From positions 81-64,080 of the forward strand of contig CAZQIV010000007.1 of NCBI GenBank assembly GCA_964593705.1: a stretch of 64,000 nt of DNA. The letters run 5' to 3'. Origin of the DNA: an uncultured Lentimicrobiaceae bacterium (GTDB taxonomy: Bacteria > Bacteroidota > Bacteroidia > Bacteroidales > 4484-276). The position numbers were made by a program, and so were the translations under genes. The first letter of the stretch is position 1. Each line of letters begins with the position of its first letter. Positions 47,363-56,318 of the stretch are shown here, piece after piece. The notes beneath the pieces are model-generated. The model did not search any database. It saw only the letters and a program-made list of their open reading frames with translations, and was not told the DNA's origin.

Positions 47363-47504
47363 AAATAGTGTCCGTCCATAAAGTCGTTATTTTTCAATAA
47401 TCTAAAAAAAGCCTCCCGCAGATTTCGCTGATTAGCGCAGATAAAATCTGCGCTAATCAGCGAAATCTGCGGGAAAAATTACTAAAAAGACGAGCACTAA
47501 ATAG
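47363..47504. mobile_element. MITE-like palindromic element, family 1 (best-preserved copy)
   Basis: AAATAGTGTCCGTCCATAAAGTCG ... AAAAAGACGAGCACTAAATAG termini. The core is a perfect 28-bp-arm palindrome CCCGCAGATTTCGCTGATTAGCGCAGAT aaa ATCTGCGCTAATCAGCGAAATCTGCGGG (47415-47473). Confidence 0.7.
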
Positions 47505-47689
47505 TCTCAATTTTGAGGATAAGAATTTTTTTAATCCACTCGATAAAAGACAGGCGATAATCATTAAATTCTATTTCAACCTAAAATGATGAAGCTGTTT
47601 TTATTTCAGAAAAATTACTTAAAGGGTTTACATCACCCCAACAAACCCACCAAATCCGTGTCATTTCGAGTTCCAAGCCCCCGAAAAAG

Positions 47690-47935
47690 AGACCTCAAAG
47701 TGAAATGATAAGTTCAAATAGATTTCTTGCCGCACGTGCGGCAAGAAATCTATTTTATCATTTTTAATCAACTTGTTACAAAAACTTGTCATTGGTAAGA
47801 AGCTTGCGACTGAGAGGTCTGTCTAATAGTAAGGATTTCAGTACTTTACACAAACATGTCATTGATACCAAAAAACGTAGCGAGGCAGCCAGCCCCGATC
47901 CTTCGGGGAAGTTTTGAAAGGAGAAATCTATTTAC
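47690..47935. repeat. mosaic palindromic repeat region, family 3
   Basis: AATAGATTTCTTGCCGCACGTGCGGCAAGAAATCTATT hairpin, AATCAACTTGTTACAAAAACTTGTCATTGG, and AAAAAACGTAGCGAGGC...GAGAAATCTATT. Confidence 0.55.
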
Positions 47936-48027
47936 AGTGATAACCATTATTTACATCTACAAAAATGGTAGTAGAACCATATTTCAGAAAACTTGCTTAA
48001 AAGGCCTACACCATTTTTATAATAAAA

Positions 48028-48879
48028 TCAACGAATTCCTGCATTCATGCTTAAAATGATATCGCCGGTATTTACACCCAGGTTTTTTGCAATTACCGGG
48101 CACTTGGCTTTTAAAAGAAAGAAAACGAGCCTTCTCGTCTCAGATAAGCCTTCATAGTTTCCCTGTCCTTTGCTTATAACCATATCAGCATTTGTGAAGT
48201 AATCCAGAAACTCCCGGCTGCAACGTTCAGGGATAATCCCCGGTGCTGAGGAGCCGGAGGAGATAATATCAGCTATTTGATTTATACCTGAATCGATGGC
48301 ATCCTGCAGGATTACATCGTTAATAACAGGTTTGTCGCGCACAACATAAGTTATGGGTTTGTTAATGGTTTCGATGAGTAGCCTGTCGAACACTGATTCA
48401 CCGGCATTGTCGCCAAGGTAAAGGATAGTGCCTGCTTTTTTAAGTGTAGCCTTAAACTCCTCGTAATGAAAAATCGCCGGTTCTTGTACCAGTATTTTGT
48501 CGATTTCATTTTTCAAATTGTACTTTGAGCTTACACCCAAATCGATAACATTACCGGCAATGGCAAGTTTTATTGCCGTGAGCAAAGGGTCGGGTGATGA
48601 CTCAACTTTAATTTTTAATTGCGGATACAAGGCCAGTGCTTCAAGGATGCTTGCTTTTTTTTGATCCTTGTATGGGTCGGCTACGCCAGTGGTTTCGGCT
48701 ATTTTTTTATAAATTAAATCTGCTGTTTCGGGAGGGGTAGCATAAAGCGGAATGTCTTTAATCATGCAGCCAACCTCATCCAAAAGTTGTTTTATTTTTG
48801 CTTGGTCGTTCGTGGCTGTTCGGCCGGCACGTAAAGCTTGTTTCATAAAACACGGGATGCAGTCGAGGTATGTTTTCAT
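48028..48879 (-). CDS. DUF89 / ARMT1-like damage-control phosphatase family protein
   Basis: MKTYLDCIPCFMKQALRAGR is the characteristic N-terminus of bacterial/archaeal DUF89 proteins. Confidence 0.7.
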   Translation of the reverse strand: MKTYLDCIPCFMKQALRAGRTATNDQAKIKQLLDEVGCMIKDIPLYATPPETADLIYKKIAETTGVADPYKDQKKASILEALALYPQLKIKVESSPDPLLTAIKLAIAGNVIDLGVSSKYNLKNEIDKILVQEPAIFHYEEFKATLKKAGTILYLGDNAGESVFDRLLIETINKPITYVVRDKPVINDVILQDAIDSGINQIADIISSGSSAPGIIPERCSREFLDYFTNADMVISKGQGNYEGLSETRRLVFFLLKAKCPVIAKNLGVNTGDIILSMNAGIR

Positions 48880-48889
48880 TTTAATATGG

Positions 48890-48944
48890 TTTTTAGAAAG
48901 ACCCCTTGAAGGAAGAGGATTCGGGGCTTTTTAGACTGGTTTCA
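48890..48944. repeat. family-2 element, short copy
   Basis: TTTTTAGAAAGACCCCttgaaggaagaggattcGGGGCTTTTTAGACTGGTTTCA. Confidence 0.45.
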
Positions 48945-49059
48945 TAGACCACGAGTTATTATTTCGAATTTGCAGAATAAAAAAAATCAGGCAGCTGCAA
49001 AGCGAAGACAATTTGCCTTAACAGCCACCTGAATTTTTCAAATCAGATAAAAATTTGGA

Positions 49060-50424
49060 TTAAGCGTGTTGCATAAACATGATTTGCGAGGAGGCGCTTT
49101 CAGCAGCTTTCATTAAAGGGTAGCCTGCCGGTGATGCCGTTAGCAAAGGATGCGTCCCAATTTGTGCTGTCAGTAGCGAGTTTATGCTCATTCTGTTTTG
49201 AATGATGATGCCTATGGTATTGGTGAGTTCACCAACGGACAGACCGCCATATACCTCGCCACCCAAAATTACTCCCGATTCTTTACCAACAATAAGCTTA
49301 ACAAATTGTGTATGTGTATCAGAGAGTGTTCCCGGGTGTCTGTCAATCCCGTTGAATACACCCGTTACAATATCAAAACCTTCTTTGCGTGCAACATTTT
49401 CTGTAAGACCGGCAACTCCAAAGCCTGTGTTTCCCAGTGCTGTCGAAAATATTGAAATGGTTCCGCTAAATGTTTTAATAGCGCTGAGTTTAAAAAGGTT
49501 CATACCGGCTATTCTTGCTTCGGCACAAGCTGTAGATGCAAGCATAACAGGACTTGGTTTACGTGTTATAAAATCACGCTTCTCGGCACAATCTCCAACT
49601 GCAAGAATGCTGTCGTCTTCAGTGCGCATGTATTCATCCACTGCAATAAAGCCTTGACTGTTGATGGGTAAACCCATTTTTTCGGCCAAATGAATGTTGG
49701 GTTTATATCCCATGGATAGAATAACTGCATCGGCTTCCAAAATTTCACCATTCTCAAGCACTACACTTTCTACCTTTTCTTTTCCCTGAATGGCTTTAAC
49801 GCCATGGCCTGTTTTAACATTTACACCTCTTTGTGTAAGGAGTTCCAGGGCTTTTACGGCAATATCTTCATCGAAAGCCATACCCAAAATGTTGGGTAAT
49901 TTTTCTACCAGAATCACTTCTTTTCCTGCTTTGTTTAGTTCATCTGAAATTTCAACCCCAATAAACCCGGCACCGATGGTGATGATTTTTTTGCACTGTT
50001 TCAGTTCTGCATGCATTTCATCAAGGTAAACCTTGTTTTTGGGTACAGTAAATACATGCTTTAAATCCGTTCCCGGGAGCCATGCAGGTTTAATAGGTTC
50101 CGAACCAGTGGCCAGGATAAGTTTTGTGTAGCTAATTTCTGTTCCGCTTTTCAAAACAGCAATCTTTTCTTTACGGTTTACATCAGTAACTTCGTCATAA
50201 ATAATTTTAATGCCAGAAGTTTCAAACATCTTTTCAGCAGGTAAAATATCTTTATCAGTTGAACCTACCGATCCAAAAACATAAGGGATTCCGCATGGGA
50301 TAAGTGTTTTTGGCTGGAGGGTTACTACGGTGAAGGTTTTGTCGGGATATACCCTTTTTCCTGTTGTTGCAGCTACAAGGCCTGCAGCGCTACTTCCAAC
50401 AACAAGCACATCTGTTTTTTCCAT
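49060..50424 (-). CDS. FAD-dependent pyridine nucleotide-disulfide oxidoreductase (NADH oxidase / CoA-disulfide reductase-like)
   Basis: VLVVGSSAAGL (FAD) and ITIGAGFIGVE (NAD) Rossmann motifs. A single Cys occurs in TLIPCGIPY. Confidence 0.8.
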   Translation of the reverse strand: MEKTDVLVVGSSAAGLVAATTGKRVYPDKTFTVVTLQPKTLIPCGIPYVFGSVGSTDKDILPAEKMFETSGIKIIYDEVTDVNRKEKIAVLKSGTEISYTKLILATGSEPIKPAWLPGTDLKHVFTVPKNKVYLDEMHAELKQCKKIITIGAGFIGVEISDELNKAGKEVILVEKLPNILGMAFDEDIAVKALELLTQRGVNVKTGHGVKAIQGKEKVESVVLENGEILEADAVILSMGYKPNIHLAEKMGLPINSQGFIAVDEYMRTEDDSILAVGDCAEKRDFITRKPSPVMLASTACAEARIAGMNLFKLSAIKTFSGTISIFSTALGNTGFGVAGLTENVARKEGFDIVTGVFNGIDRHPGTLSDTHTQFVKLIVGKESGVILGGEVYGGLSVGELTNTIGIIIQNRMSINSLLTAQIGTHPLLTASPAGYPLMKAAESASSQIMFMQHA

Positions 50425-50797
50425 GATTTTATTTTTATAAATTGATTGGCAAAAGTAATGGACATACGTTCAAAACAAAATCACACACATTAAAAAAATA
50501 AATATATGATGAGTATTTCTATTTAAAGATCACAATCACAGCATTTTCATAACACTTTACAAGTTATTACAGCCGTTTTGCGCTATGCTTAGCAATGGAT
50601 GAATAAAGAATATTTGGGGGTGATAATAAAAATGATTTTACCGAATTAAAGAACAGATTGTCTATTTAGAAAGATTGTTTCGATAACTGAAGGAGGGAGT
50701 TTGTTAAAATCATTCAGGTTAAATGACTTTAGTAAAATACAAAAGACTGCAAGAATACAATTTGAATGATGCGGATTTTTAGCATGGGAACACATTT

Positions 50798-50936
50798 AAT
50801 TAGTGTCCGTCCATAAAGTCGTCATTTTTCAATAATAAAAAAATCCTCCCGCAGATTTCGCTGATTAGCGCAGATAAAATCTGCGCTAATCAGCGAAATC
50901 TGCGGGAAACATTACTAAAAAGACAGGCTCTAAATA
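50798..50936. mobile_element. MITE-like palindromic element, family 1
   Basis: Near-identical to the 47363 copy. The core palindrome is at 50848-50906. Confidence 0.7.
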
Positions 50937-50975
50937 ATAACGTCCCCACACTAAAAATCAGCTCTTGGTCTATTG

Positions 50976-51671
50976 CTATGCCGCGAAATACTCTTCCAGC
51001 TCCTTTAGCATATTATCTGATTTAATGATGTCCTTGTAAACTTCACCTTTATCAAGCACCAGAATGCGACTGCAAACTTCGGTAACATGGTTGAGGTCGT
51101 GGCTCGAAACAAGCATAGTAGTGTCGGTGGTTTGCTTAAGCTCGTTCAACAATTTGATCAAGCGGATTTGGGTGGTGGGGTCAAGCCCGTTAAACGGTTC
51201 ATCGAGGATCAGAATTTCGGGCTTTGGGAGCAGGGCAGCAGCAATACCAACTTTTTGCTGGTTACCACGCGACAGGTCTCTAATATATTTGGTTTTGCCC
51301 AAAATCTCACCATTGAAAAAGGTTTCAAAATCGGTATAAAATTTTTCAAGGTCGCCCTTGGGTAAGAGATAAACCCCGGCAATAAACTCAAAATATTCCT
51401 CGGGAGTAAGAAAATCGATGAGGTAGTTGTCGTCGAGGTAGGAGCCTGTAATTTTTTTCCATTGGGGATTTTCAGCCACATTTTCGTTGTTAATTTTTAC
51501 CTCTCCGCTTGTTGCCCTTATCAAATCGATAATAAGACGGAAGAAGGTGGTTTTTCCTGCGCCATTATTCCCTACCAAACCAAAAGCTTCGCCTTTGTTA
51601 ATTTTTAATGAGGGCAAATTCAAAACGAGTTGATCGTTATATTTTTTTGTTAAATCGAATGTTTCTATCAT
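50976..51671 (-). CDS. ABC transporter ATP-binding protein
   Basis: Walker A GNNGAGKTT, signature LSRGNQQKVGIA, Walker B ILILDEP. Confidence 0.9.
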   Translation of the reverse strand: MIETFDLTKKYNDQLVLNLPSLKINKGEAFGLVGNNGAGKTTFFRLIIDLIRATSGEVKINNENVAENPQWKKITGSYLDDNYLIDFLTPEEYFEFIAGVYLLPKGDLEKFYTDFETFFNGEILGKTKYIRDLSRGNQQKVGIAAALLPKPEILILDEPFNGLDPTTQIRLIKLLNELKQTTDTTMLVSSHDLNHVTEVCSRILVLDKGEVYKDIIKSDNMLKELEEYFAA

Positions 51672-51692
51672 TTTGCTAATTTTTTCTGTTGA

Positions 51693-53174
51693 TTAATATT
51701 TTTTTCTAAAGCCTTCGCCAATCAGGTACCTACGTTCCAGGAATCGGTTAACAGCAATTTTTAGTAAGGGTTTGTTGAATACGATGGCCAGCAAACCAAC
51801 TACGCCGATGGCATACAGGCCGTTATCGTAATACCCGAAAGCCCAAAAGGGTAAATATATCAGGAGCGGCGCCAGCATAACCGGGAAGGAAATTAAAAAC
51901 TGTGTGGCGCTTACTCCCTGGTAATTAAAGGCTGCACCTTCCGACAGGTCGAGTCGTTTTTTATTATTTGTTGACATAAGAATAACAAAAACTGAACTCA
52001 CCCCCATATTGAAAAGTGCGGCTATGAAATTGATCAAAAGAATTTTCATCCCAAAATACGCATAAGGAAGTGTAAGGATAAAGGAAATGATTGTAGAGGC
52101 TACCAGCAAGTTATGCTTGGCTTTAAAATAGAGATTGAAATTGTCGATGTGCGAAAGTATGCCATCAAAATAACTGCTTTCCCAACTTAAAAGGTATTGG
52201 CCATAAATAAGGGTTACGCCACCTGTCATAAAAATACCAACAAAAAGTAACCATCCATTTTGACCGTATAGCTCGGGGTTTGGATAAAAAATGAGCCCAT
52301 AAAGCAGGAAAATGGGCATAAAAACCAAGGTGCTTTTCGATCGCTTATTTCTTGTCATCAGTTTTAATTCGAGTATCATCAGGTTGCCGATTTCGCCAAA
52401 GCTCTTCAAATATTTGAAGTCGGAAACATTGCGTTTTCCCGATTTTTTCAAATTCAGGTTGTCCTCCGGATACAGATGAATGGTTAGGTCGCGGTAGTTA
52501 AGCATATATGCCAGACCCAATATCGTAGCAAAAACAATAATCCAGACAGGATTTAATAAAGCGGCTGTGAACATAAGCGATGAAACATCGGTAAGAGAAA
52601 TGACCTCGAAATATTCAGCAGCAGCAATGGCCGCTACCAATACTGTAATTACGATCGTAACAGCATTGTTCCCCGAAAGGTTTCGCTTGAACAGCAGGGC
52701 AAGAAAGTTTACACTCAAAACGACCAAAATGATGGATAAAACATAAGCCGCTATCTCAAAACCTGAGTATTCCGGTACCATCTGAAAAAAGATGAATGGA
52801 GTGAAGATAAAGATGGGAAAGAAGTTAAAAGGTGCCAGAAGTGATTTCCCCAACACATAATTCACAAGCTTCGATTTTTTGATGGGCAAGTGTAAATAGG
52901 GCTGAATGGAAAGCACAGGCACTTTTTGCATGAAAAACCTGACCATAAAACCCAGTGCAAATCCATACAATAAAAAAGAGTTGAATTTTTCTACCGGATC
53001 ATCAGGAAATATTTCATCGAATTCTTTACCAAGAAAAAAACTGCCGAGCATAAATTCGGCAAAAATTATGAAAAACAGGAAGCCCAGAAAAATTTTGATC
53101 CCCATGGATTGTTCCCACATGGAAGATCGCCTGGTTTCCCGCATTTCGTTTTTAACAAACCATTTTAGTAGCAT
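51693..53174 (-). CDS. polytopic membrane protein, putative permease partner (DUF5687-like)
   Basis: 493 aa with at least 10 hydrophobic segments. It lies 21 nt upstream of the ABC ATPase gene on the same strand. Confidence 0.6.
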   Translation of the reverse strand: MLLKWFVKNEMRETRRSSMWEQSMGIKIFLGFLFFIIFAEFMLGSFFLGKEFDEIFPDDPVEKFNSFLLYGFALGFMVRFFMQKVPVLSIQPYLHLPIKKSKLVNYVLGKSLLAPFNFFPIFIFTPFIFFQMVPEYSGFEIAAYVLSIILVVLSVNFLALLFKRNLSGNNAVTIVITVLVAAIAAAEYFEVISLTDVSSLMFTAALLNPVWIIVFATILGLAYMLNYRDLTIHLYPEDNLNLKKSGKRNVSDFKYLKSFGEIGNLMILELKLMTRNKRSKSTLVFMPIFLLYGLIFYPNPELYGQNGWLLFVGIFMTGGVTLIYGQYLLSWESSYFDGILSHIDNFNLYFKAKHNLLVASTIISFILTLPYAYFGMKILLINFIAALFNMGVSSVFVILMSTNNKKRLDLSEGAAFNYQGVSATQFLISFPVMLAPLLIYLPFWAFGYYDNGLYAIGVVGLLAIVFNKPLLKIAVNRFLERRYLIGEGFRKKY

Positions 53175-53349
53175 ATTATCATAAGTTTAGTTTAAAAAAA
53201 ATTCACCTTGTTCAAAAATTACTGCCCTTCCTTTTGGTCTTGTTTCCCGCAGACCTGCCTGCCGGCAAGGCTGGTTTCGCAGATATTCGCAGATAAAATC
53301 AGTGCTAAACTGCTGGAGATTAAATGGCATCAGGTAAAAATAGTAACCC

Positions 53350-53676
53350 TTATTTAAGCTTGTCATTTTCCTTGTGCCTTGTTCCATCGCGGGTAGATTT
53401 CTTTTCCATATTTTTTAAAAATGCGGTGGTAAGATCAACGCCGGTTTGGTTGGCCAGGCATATCAATACAAAAAGTACATCGGCAAATTCATCAGCTAAA
53501 TCCTTATCCTTATCCGATTGTTTAAACTATTGCTCGCCATATTTTCTGGAAATAATCCGGGCCACTTCACCAACCTCTTCGGTTAAAATGGCCATATTTG
53601 TCAATTCATTAAAATATCGTACACCAGTAGAATTTATCCATTTATCTACCGTTTTCTGGGCTTGTTCAATAGTCAT
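53350..53676 (-). pseudogene. MazG-like (YpjD-type) nucleotide pyrophosphohydrolase with an in-frame TAG at codon 50
   Basis: MTIEQAQKTVDKWINSTGVRYFNELTNMAILTEEVGEVARIISRKYGEQ*FKQSDKDKDLADEFADVLFVLICLANQTGVDLTTAFLKNMEKKSTRDGTRHKENDKLK*. Family homology continues in the same frame across the TAG at 53527-53529. Confidence 0.65.
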
Positions 53677-53776
53677 TTTATCTTAAAATTTGAGCAAATA
53701 TATTCAATGAATCCGATTAGTAGTAAATTTACGGGCTTCATTTTTTTAATGAAGGGAAATTTTACATCATCTGATT

Positions 53777-54913
53777 ATGGAAAGAAATTATTCATTTCTG
53801 AAAAAGGCTACTTATTTTTTGGCTTTCATTATTGCTTTTACTTTTATAGTAATTGTGGCCAAAAATTTCCTGGTTCCTGTTTTCTTTGGGCTCTTAATAG
53901 GCTCCCTGCTTTTTCCGGCATGTCGTTTTATGTGCAGGAAAGGTATTCCCAAGGGACTCTCAATTTTTATTACTATCCTGTTGATGATGACCTTTATTGT
54001 CGGAATTTCATTCTTTTTTGCCGGGGAAATATCAAAGCTAACCAGCGATTTTCCTGCTTTGCGTAGTAAGGCGCTCGATAATGTAAATCAGATTTCCACT
54101 TTTATTGAAGATAATTTTGGTATTGAAACCGTACAACAAAAAAATTGGATAAGAGATCAAGTTTCAAACCTTTTTACTTCAGGTAACGATTTGCTTAATG
54201 AATTACTCAATGCCACAGCCGGTACTTTTTTTAAGATATTCATCATGCCGGTTTTTGTGTTTTACCTTTTATATTACCACGATAGGTTCAATTTTTTTGT
54301 AATGCGTATTGTACCTGATACTGAAAAAATACGTACAAATAAAATATTGCAGGAGGTGTCGTTTGTATCGCAGCGTTACCTCGGAGGGGCGTTTATTGTT
54401 GTACTGATTCTATCCGTTTTAAATTCTCTTGGCCTCTATATTATTGGACTGCAATATGCCATACTGTTTGGTGTAATTTCTGCCTTCTTCAATTTTATCC
54501 CATATTTTGGCACCTGGATCGGGGCATTTTTCCCAATTATGTTTGCCATGCTAACCGGCGATACCCCGAATCTTGCCTTATGGGTTGTGGCTTTTTTTGC
54601 ATTTATCCAATTTCTTGAAAATAATATTTTAACACCCAACATCACGGGGGGTTATGTAAGGTTAAATCCGTTTATTACCATACTTGGATTGATTGCAGGC
54701 GGAATGGTTTGGGGTATTGCGGGCATGTTGCTAATCATTCCTTTTTTGGCTAGTTTAAAAATTGTGTTCGAAAATTTTGAATCCACCAGCGCACTTTCGT
54801 TTTTATTGGCCCGGCCCGCAAATGAACCCTATCAAAAGCGTGTGGATAAAATCAGGAAATTTCTTAAAGGAAAAAAGGCAAAAGACGATAACTACCAAAA
54901 TCACTCAAATTGA
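53777..54913 (+). CDS. AI-2E family transporter (PerM-like)
   Basis: 378 aa with about 8 TM segments. The FIPYFG motif region is typical of the AI-2E family. Confidence 0.75.
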   Translation: MERNYSFLKKATYFLAFIIAFTFIVIVAKNFLVPVFFGLLIGSLLFPACRFMCRKGIPKGLSIFITILLMMTFIVGISFFFAGEISKLTSDFPALRSKALDNVNQISTFIEDNFGIETVQQKNWIRDQVSNLFTSGNDLLNELLNATAGTFFKIFIMPVFVFYLLYYHDRFNFFVMRIVPDTEKIRTNKILQEVSFVSQRYLGGAFIVVLILSVLNSLGLYIIGLQYAILFGVISAFFNFIPYFGTWIGAFFPIMFAMLTGDTPNLALWVVAFFAFIQFLENNILTPNITGGYVRLNPFITILGLIAGGMVWGIAGMLLIIPFLASLKIVFENFESTSALSFLLARPANEPYQKRVDKIRKFLKGKKAKDDNYQNHSN

Positions 54914-56076
54914 ATTCAAAAAACTTTATTTTAATTATAAAAACCCAGGCAGGTCTCGAAGAAAGTCTTGTGACTGAGGTTACTGAAGCTGGCGGCCGGG
55001 AGGTAGAGCCATTAATTCGCACCGTAAAATGCAAAGCTGATAATGATGTAATGTATCGCATTAACTACACCTGCCGAACCGCCCTGAGGGTTTTAAAGGA
55101 AGTTGATGAATTTGAGGCTGATAATGAAGAAGCATTCTACGAAGGCGTTAAGAAATTTAACTGGTTCGATTTATTAACTGTCGATCAGTCTTTCGCGGTA
55201 AATGCCACGGTAAGTAATAGTGCAATGACTCATTCGCACTATGTGGCACTAAAAACAAAAGACGCCATAGTTGATAAGTTTAGGGAAAAATTTAACAAAC
55301 GGCCAAATATTGACCTGGGAAACCCTGATTTGCGCATTCAGGTTCATATTGCAGGCGTTCGTTGCACACTCCTCATCGACAGCTCGGGCGATTCGCTTCA
55401 CAAGCGCGGATACCGTACAAGGCAAGGGGTGGCTCCAATTAATGAAGTGCTTGCAGCAGGAATGGTTTTATTGTCGGGATGGGATGCAAAAACCGATTTG
55501 CTCGATCCCATGTGTGGCTCGGGAACCATTGTGTGTGAAGCCAACATGATTGCCCGAAAAATCCCGGCAGGGTATTTCAGGAAAGATTATGGATTTATAA
55601 AATGGAAAGATTTTGATGGTGGATTATGGAAAAAAATTGTTGAAAATGAAAATTCAAAAATAATCCCTGCAAAATGCAAAATTTATGGTTCGGACGTGAA
55701 TCAAAATGCCATTTCTCTATCACATGAAATATTGAAAAATGCCGGCTTCGAAAATGATATCGACATCAAACAGGTAGCTTTTGAAGACAGTTCACCCCCA
55801 AATGTTGATGGCGGGTTTATTATTTTTAATCCTCCTTACGGCGAACGAATTCAAAAAACCGATCTCTTTGCTTTTTATAAATTGATTGGTGATGTATTGA
55901 AATCGAAGTACGCGGGCTATGAAGCCTGGCTAATAAGCTCCGATTTCGGTGCTTTAAAAAGCGTTGGGCTAAAGACATCACGAAAAATACCACTTTTCAA
56001 TGGTCCGCTCGAATGCAGGTTTGTAAAATATGAACTTTACAAAGGGAGTCGGAAAGGTATTTCATCGGGTTTGTAA
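54910..56076 (+). CDS. THUMP-domain class I SAM-dependent RNA methyltransferase (RlmL/COG0116-like)
   Basis: DPMCGSGTI (SAM binding) and IFNPPYGERI (NPPY catalytic motif). There is a 4-nt overlap with the upstream gene. Confidence 0.8.
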   Translation: MNSKNFILIIKTQAGLEESLVTEVTEAGGREVEPLIRTVKCKADNDVMYRINYTCRTALRVLKEVDEFEADNEEAFYEGVKKFNWFDLLTVDQSFAVNATVSNSAMTHSHYVALKTKDAIVDKFREKFNKRPNIDLGNPDLRIQVHIAGVRCTLLIDSSGDSLHKRGYRTRQGVAPINEVLAAGMVLLSGWDAKTDLLDPMCGSGTIVCEANMIARKIPAGYFRKDYGFIKWKDFDGGLWKKIVENENSKIIPAKCKIYGSDVNQNAISLSHEILKNAGFENDIDIKQVAFEDSSPPNVDGGFIIFNPPYGERIQKTDLFAFYKLIGDVLKSKYAGYEAWLISSDFGALKSVGLKTSRKIPLFNGPLECRFVKYELYKGSRKGISSGL

Positions 56077-56169
56077 GTAAATTTCATTTTATATAGTCTA
56101 TCAGATCACAGTCCCAAAAAATAACCGGGTTTTATGATTTGTTAGCAACAAAGCGATTTGAGATACACC

Positions 56170-56228
56170 GCAGCATCTTTCCAAGCCCCAAATGCTGACT
56201 CTAAATTCAAAGCTTGTAAAAATGCTGC
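56170..56228. repeat. Structured hairpin element, copy X2 (left flank of R-M cassette)
   Basis: Outer stem GCAGCA/TGCTGC, inner stem CAAGC/GCTTG, 25-nt loop CCCAAATGCTGACTCTAAATTCAAA. Extended similarity with 59345-59432 spans 56168-56251. Confidence 0.65.
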
Positions 56229-56318
56229 TACTTCTCAACATATAAAAAACGTTGATAAAAATTTAATAATTAATGTTTCTAAAAATTTTTAATTTCATTG
56301 ACAGTCATTTAATTTGCA

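Noticed and set aside
53187-53686. ORFs 53187..53387 (-) and 53324..53686 (+)
   Set aside because: The plus-strand ORF is antisense to the MazG-like reading frame, which has clear family similarity. The minus-strand ORF covers a degraded CGCAGAT-type repeat.
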